From Myxococcota bacterium (GTDB taxonomy: Bacteria; Myxococcota_A; UBA796; CAJQPC01), in NCBI GenBank assembly GCA_036012755.1, contig DASCPX010000112.1, forward strand, positions 1 through 64,000: DNA of 64,000 nucleotides. The letters are read 5' to 3'. Position 1 is the first letter of the stretch. Each line of letters begins with the position of its first letter. This document shows positions 59,205 to 64,000 of this stretch, in pieces. The notes under the pieces are model-generated. The model ran no database searches. It had not been told where the DNA came from and was given only the letters and a program-made list of their open reading frames with translations. The position numbers and the translations under genes were made by a program.

Positions 59205-59414
59205 CTACTTGTCGTCCGGCAGGGCACCCTTCGCGGCCTTCTTCGCGTCGCGAATCGTGGGCTGCATGCCGCGGTCCCCGTCCTTCGTCTCCCAGGTGTA
59301 GACGGTCTTGCCGCCGCTCTCGTCTTCGCGGACGCTGTAGTTCTTCTTGTTGACGACGACGTCGCCCGGGTCGGCCCCTGCGGTGGTCGTGAGGGCGAGC
59401 AGGATGGCGAACAT
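59205..59414 (-). CDS. Small secreted Lys-rich protein
   Basis: Signal peptide MFAILLALTTTAGA; GC3-biased codons; TAGCTT and AAGGGG upstream. Confidence 0.65.
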   Translation of the reverse strand: MFAILLALTTTAGADPGDVVVNKKNYSVREDESGGKTVYTWETKDGDRGMQPTIRDAKKAAKGALPDDK

Positions 59415-59519
59415 GGACACCCCTTGGTTGTCCTCAAGCTATGCGCCAGGGAGCCCGGGAATGTCTCGGACGGGTCTCAGAGACGCTATTCTGTGCGCGC
59501 AGGGTGCGTGAGGAAGCCG

Positions 59520-59993
59520 ATGACCCTCCTCTTGATCGCCTGTGGGGATCCCTCCACCGGGGATCCCTCCACCGGGGATCCCTCCACCGACGACTCCGCC
59601 AACAGCACCGTCTGTCCGCTGCCCGAAGGGGCCGTGGAGCTGGAGTGGGCCGAGTTCGATTCCCCCTGCGGGGGCTCTACCGATGTCGGCACGCTCAGCT
59701 CCGAAGAGGAGTTCGTCGGGGCCTACGGCTGCGCATCGGACATCGACTGGGAGACCTGGCGGCTCGTGGGCTTCGCAGAGGTCATCGACATCCCGAACGC
59801 CCGGGTCACCAGCGTCTACTCCAGCGAGGGCGCGACCACGGTGATGACCGAGGTCCACACCTGGTGCGGGGGCTACGACCCGGAGGGTGCGATGCTCGAG
59901 CAGACAGTGCTCGTCCCGGTCTCCGAGGAGCCCGTGGCGCTTCGTGTGTGCGAGTACGGCGGCTGCGACTGGGACAGCCAGCCGCCGCCCTGA
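59520..59993 (+). CDS. Cys-containing hypothetical lipoprotein
   Basis: MTLLLIAC; (GDPST)3 linker. Confidence 0.7.
   Translation: MTLLLIACGDPSTGDPSTGDPSTDDSANSTVCPLPEGAVELEWAEFDSPCGGSTDVGTLSSEEEFVGAYGCASDIDWETWRLVGFAEVIDIPNARVTSVYSSEGATTVMTEVHTWCGGYDPEGAMLEQTVLVPVSEEPVALRVCEYGGCDWDSQPPP
59544..59588 (+). repeat. 15-bp tandem repeat GGGGATCCCTCCACC x3
   Basis: Three exact in-frame copies. Confidence 0.95.
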
Positions 59994-61886
59994 TCAACGC
60001 CCGGCGACCGGCCCGGTCTCGCCGGAGAGTGCTCCAGCGGTCTCGATGAGTCCGAGGAGCTCTGTGTCCTCGTCCCGGCCGCGGTCAGCGCTCTTGGCCA
60101 GTGCCCAGACGTCGCTGTAGGAGACCTCTGCGAGGTAGGGGCTGCCCCGGAGGAGCTCGGCGAAGCTGGCGGTGGCCAGGGCGAGGCGGAAGTCGTCCGA
60201 GGTGTCGTTGATGTCAGCGCGCAAGAGCTCGCCGTCCATGAGCGTGGCCCACTCGCTGGCGGCGGAGTCGGGTCCCGGCTTCTTGGCGCGGATGCGCACG
60301 GTGGCCAGCTCCTGGCTCATGGCGTCGTCCTTGAGCACGACGTCGTAGAGCGCGGTGACGGCGTGTCCGCTGCCGATCTCGCCAGCGTCGACGCGGTCGT
60401 TGCGGAAGTCGACGTCCGCGATGTCGCGGTTTTCGTAGCCGATGAGCCTGTAGGCGGTGACGGCGTCCGGGTTGAACTCGACCTGGATCTTCACGTCCTT
60501 GGCGATGGTCTGGATCGTCCCTGCGAGGTCCTTGCCGAAGACCTCGTGGGCCTCGTCGAGGGAGTCGATGTAGAAGTAGTTGCCGTCGCCGTTGTTCGAC
60601 AGCTGCTCCATCATCGTGTCCTTGTAGTTGCCCATGCCGAAGCCGATGGTGGAGAGCGTGATGCCCTCTTCGGCGTGGTTCTGGATGGTGGCGAGGATCT
60701 CGTCGTGGGTGGTCCGCCCGATGTTGGCGTCGCCGTCGGAGAGCACGATGACGCGGTTCTCTGCGCCGTGGAGGTATGACTGGCTCGCCATCTGGTAGGC
60801 GAGGTTCATGCCCGAGTCCATGTGGGTGCCGCCGCCCGAGGACAGCGAGTCGATCGCTGCATGGATGGTGGCCTTGCGTGTGCAGGAGGTGGGCTCGAGG
60901 ATGACCTGTGAGGATCCGGCGTAGGTGACGAGAGAGACGGTGTCCTCTTCGCCGAGGTTGTTCACCAGGACCTTCAGGGACTCTTTCGCGTAGCCGAGCT
61001 TGTCGGTGCGGTTCATGGAGCCCGAGGTGTCGACGAGGAAGGTGAGGTGCATGGGGGCTCTGGAGTCCTGGTCGATCTCCGCACCCTGGACGCCGACACG
61101 CAGGACGTGGTGGTTGTCCTGCCAGGGGCTGGGGGCGGCCTCCATGTGAACGGCGAAGGGAGCGCCGTCGTTGGTGCCCGCGCGCGGCGCGTCGTAGTCG
61201 TAGTCCATCGCGTTGACGAACTCCTCGACGCGGACGCTTGCTGTAGGCGGCATCCAGCCCTCTGTGAGCTTGCGACGGGAGATGGCGAAGCTGGCCGTGT
61301 CCACGTCGATGCTGAAGGTCGAGAAGCGGTCCTTGTCCGACAGCGTCATGTCGTTGACGCCGTAGTGGACGTAGTCCTCTGTGTTGTCTTCCTGCCGGCG
61401 GTAGCCGTCCCAGCCGAGGGTGTCGTCAGAGGCGTCTGCGATCTCCTTCGGGGGTGCCGGAGGGGGGCCGGCCGTCGTCGTGGACGGTCTCGACGCGGGC
61501 TCGCTCTTCTTTCGGCCGGCCTTCGTCGCGCCACCGATGGGCATGGCGACGCTGTCCGGCTCGGGGTCCATGGCGACGCCGCCGCTCTCTTCGCCCGCGG
61601 TGCGGCGATCGTGGAGGGCCACGCCTTCGGGCTGGACCAGCTCGGCGCCGACCTCGAAGCTCTCGAAGTCGATCGTCTTGCGCTCGCTGTACTTGATGGC
61701 GCGGCTCTCGTCCTTGCCGGTGGAAGGCAGGTCCTCTGCGATCGGCTCGGCGTTGTCGGGTTCTTCGAGGGTCTCTTCGACTGCGTCGGTGAGGTCCTCG
61801 CCCTCCATGGACATCTGCTTTCCGCCGGTGCACGCGGCGAGGGCGGTCAGGGTGAGGACGCTGGAGAGGAGGAGAGCGCGGTTCAT
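59994..61886 (-). CDS. YfbK-like vWA lipoprotein (vWF_A + vWA + DUF3520)
   Basis: STFSIDVDTAS, VRVEEFVN, DTSGSM MIDAS, SDGDANIG, YRLIGYENR. Confidence 0.92.
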   Translation of the reverse strand: MNRALLLSSVLTLTALAACTGGKQMSMEGEDLTDAVEETLEEPDNAEPIAEDLPSTGKDESRAIKYSERKTIDFESFEVGAELVQPEGVALHDRRTAGEESGGVAMDPEPDSVAMPIGGATKAGRKKSEPASRPSTTTAGPPPAPPKEIADASDDTLGWDGYRRQEDNTEDYVHYGVNDMTLSDKDRFSTFSIDVDTASFAISRRKLTEGWMPPTASVRVEEFVNAMDYDYDAPRAGTNDGAPFAVHMEAAPSPWQDNHHVLRVGVQGAEIDQDSRAPMHLTFLVDTSGSMNRTDKLGYAKESLKVLVNNLGEEDTVSLVTYAGSSQVILEPTSCTRKATIHAAIDSLSSGGGTHMDSGMNLAYQMASQSYLHGAENRVIVLSDGDANIGRTTHDEILATIQNHAEEGITLSTIGFGMGNYKDTMMEQLSNNGDGNYFYIDSLDEAHEVFGKDLAGTIQTIAKDVKIQVEFNPDAVTAYRLIGYENRDIADVDFRNDRVDAGEIGSGHAVTALYDVVLKDDAMSQELATVRIRAKKPGPDSAASEWATLMDGELLRADINDTSDDFRLALATASFAELLRGSPYLAEVSYSDVWALAKSADRGRDEDTELLGLIETAGALSGETGPVAGR

Positions 61887-61971
61887 CTTGAGCTCCGGAG
61901 GCGGGTTCGGGACCTCAACGATTGCCAGGATCCCGGGCTTACACTCCCGATCGAATTTTCTCGGGTCCCTT

Positions 61972-62923
61972 GTGTTCCTTCTTCTTTCCCTCGCCGTCGC
62001 CGAGCCCTTCACGGAGCTCGTGCCAGCCGAGGACGGGACGGCCCTGGCGACCGACGTCTACCTCCCCCGAAGGCGAGGGGCCCTGGCCCACCGTGCTGGT
62101 GCGTACGCCCTACGGAAAAGGGGGACTGGGGGATCTCGGCGACGTCTTCAACACCTACGGCGCCGTCTTGGTGACCCAGGATGTGCGCGGTCGCTTCGAG
62201 AGCGACGGCATCGACACCGTCTTCCAGGACGCCGGGCGAGACGGCGTCGCCACGATCGACTGGATCACCGAGCAGGACTGGTCCGACGGCGAGGTCGGCA
62301 TGTACGGGGGTTCGGCGCTCGCGATCACCCAGTACCTGGTCGCGCCAGAAGCCCCGGAGGGCCTGCGGGTCATCCTCGCGATGGCTGGCACCGGCGATCT
62401 CTACGAAGACGTCTACTTCCCGCAGGGCACCTTTCGCGAGGCCATGGCCACGGGCTGGCTCACCCAGCAGGGCTCGATCGGCTGGCTCGACGAGATCTTC
62501 GAGCACCCCTACCGCGACACCTGGTGGGAGCCGCTGGAGGCGGACCACTCCGCCGTGGTCGCCGACGGTGTGCACATCGGCGGCTGGTACGACATCTTCC
62601 GTGACGGCACGATCGAGGCCTGGCAGGAGCAGTCGCTGGGCCCAGGCGAACACTGGCTGATCGTGGGCCCGTGGACCCACGGTGGCTTCGGGTCCCAGCA
62701 GCAGGGGGAGCTCACCTACCCCGCCGACGCCGTCGACTCGCCCACACCGATGACCCACGTGATGTTGCGGGCGCTCTTCGACGCGCTGGGGCTCGAGGGG
62801 CTCGACTCGCCGGATGCGATCCCGCGGGTCCAGTACTTCGTCATGGGAGACCCAGAGGCCGAGACCGGCAACTTCTGGCGCGAGGCCGACAGCTGGCCGC
62901 CAGAGGCGACCGAGTCGTGCTGA
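61972..62923 (+). pseudogene. CocE/NonD family hydrolase, frameshifted and C-terminally truncated
   Basis: DGTALATDVYLP is in a different frame from RTPYGK, QDVRGRFESDG, GGSA, GGWYD, GPWTH; shift at C5 run 62064-62068; C-terminal domain missing. Confidence 0.75.
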
Positions 62924-63056
62924 GCCTGGAGCGCGCGCTCAACCCTGGGGTGATCGAGGCCCACGCCGACGACGAGGGCTACGCCTACATCGGCCCGGAA
63001 GACCTCATGGCGGACGTGCTCGCCGAGCTGATCCGCGAGGACGTCCAGCTCGAGAT

Positions 63057-64000
63057 TCAGTAGCGCTCCTTCATCTCGTCGACCTCGCGGCGGAGCCCTT
63101 CGAGGTCGTCTTCGAGCTTCTCCAGCCGGCGGCCGACCTCGGCATCGGTCTCCTTCGCGGGGTCCTTGCGATCCCGGATGGCGTCGATGGCGCGGGTCGC
63201 GGAGTCCTTCTGCTCCTGGAGCCGCGTGAGCTTGCGATAGGCCTTCAGGACCGACGTGCTCTCGCTGTCGCCGACCTTGCCGAGGGCCGACACCGCGGTC
63301 TGGCGCGTGCGCAGGTCCGTCGACGCGACGAGGGGCTCGAGCTCGCGGGCGAGGTCTTCTCGCGCGCGGTCCCTGGTCTTGCCGTCCTGCCGCTCGGCGA
63401 TCCCCACCGCCGTCCAGATCCCGGTGTGGAGCACCTCCCGGTGGGTCTCCTCCCGGATCAGTCGGAGCACGGCGGCCAGGTCGTTGCTCTCTCCGGCCTT
63501 CTTGAGGACGTTGAGCGCGGCGTTGTGGACGGGGTTGTGCGTCGAGGTGGGTCTCTTGATCTCGGCCAGCGCCACGCGCCTGGCGAAGCTCTCGTCGTGG
63601 GGTCGCAGGGACCGGAGGATGCTGGCGCGCACGTCCGGCTGGCGCTCGCTCCGCCACGCCGCTCGCAGCTCGGCTCCGACCTCTGCGGTGCTGCCATAGA
63701 GGGCCTCTGCGGCCTTCTTCCGGACCCGCTCGTCCTCGTCGTCGAGCAGCTCGGCGAGCTCCGCTCCGGAGCCCCCGCCGACCAGGGCGTCGATGGCCTC
63801 GAGGCGGTAGGCGGTGGCGGCGGCCACGTTGGCCGCGATGCCGACCAGGAAGTCCTCGTTGTCGCCGTCTTTGGAGAGGGCCTCGATGGCGCGTACGCGG
63901 GCATAGGGTGTGGAGCGGGTGGCCTGGGCCTGCCACATCTCGTTGGACTGGTCGACCTCGACATGGGCGAGCAGGCCGGCGTCCGGATCGATGGCGACGT
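63057..64000 (-). CDS. HEAT-repeat C-terminus, probably of an M1 aminopeptidase (partial)
   Basis: Frame open to the window edge: VAIDPDAGLLAHVEVDQSNEMWQ, HEAT repeats, terminal coiled coil. Confidence 0.65.
   Translation of the reverse strand, partial: VAIDPDAGLLAHVEVDQSNEMWQAQATRSTPYARVRAIEALSKDGDNEDFLVGIAANVAAATAYRLEAIDALVGGGSGAELAELLDDEDERVRKKAAEALYGSTAEVGAELRAAWRSERQPDVRASILRSLRPHDESFARRVALAEIKRPTSTHNPVHNAALNVLKKAGESNDLAAVLRLIREETHREVLHTGIWTAVGIAERQDGKTRDRAREDLARELEPLVASTDLRTRQTAVSALGKVGDSESTSVLKAYRKLTRLQEQKDSATRAIDAIRDRKDPAKETDAEVGRRLEKLEDDLEGLRREVDEMKERY

Overview
This is a GC-rich, very gene-dense bacterial window. Lipoproteins with Asp-Ala/Asp-Thr repeats, Cys/Asp 'DCDD...CNGxDDDCDG' repeat proteins, and PEGA, CotH and vWA proteins suggest a Myxococcota-like or deltaproteobacterial genome (inference only). 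The left half is mostly housekeeping and transport: GH-A glycoside hydrolase, DedA, KAP NTPase, LEA_2 lipoprotein, an M16 peptidase pair, Fe(III) ABC transporter, TldD/PmbA, metallophosphatase, large NAD-glutamate dehydrogenase, Maf, YggS, Wzt, a glycosyltransferase and a short ArgA with tandem ARG boxes. The centre holds a minus-strand flagellar cluster (fliJ-motE-fliK-flgD-TIGR02530 // flgE-motA-motB-fliL-fliM-fliN-fliO-fliP-fliQ-fliR-flhB) with five sigma28-like promoters, a Na+-type stator signature and a FliM lacking the CheY-binding N-terminus. About 8.8 kb of non-flagellar lipoprotein genes split the cluster, including four tandem alkaline-phosphatase-superfamily enzymes with Thr at the nucleophile position. 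The right end is an accessory region of exported proteins, gene remnants and two frameshifts in C5 runs. Other notable items are an Xre-HTH/SspB-like fusion, a cNMP-binding/acetoacetate-decarboxylase fusion and pervasive ultra-short lipoprotein signal peptides. I found no rRNA, tRNA, CRISPR array or intact mobile element. All calls come from motif recognition by eye; no searches were run.
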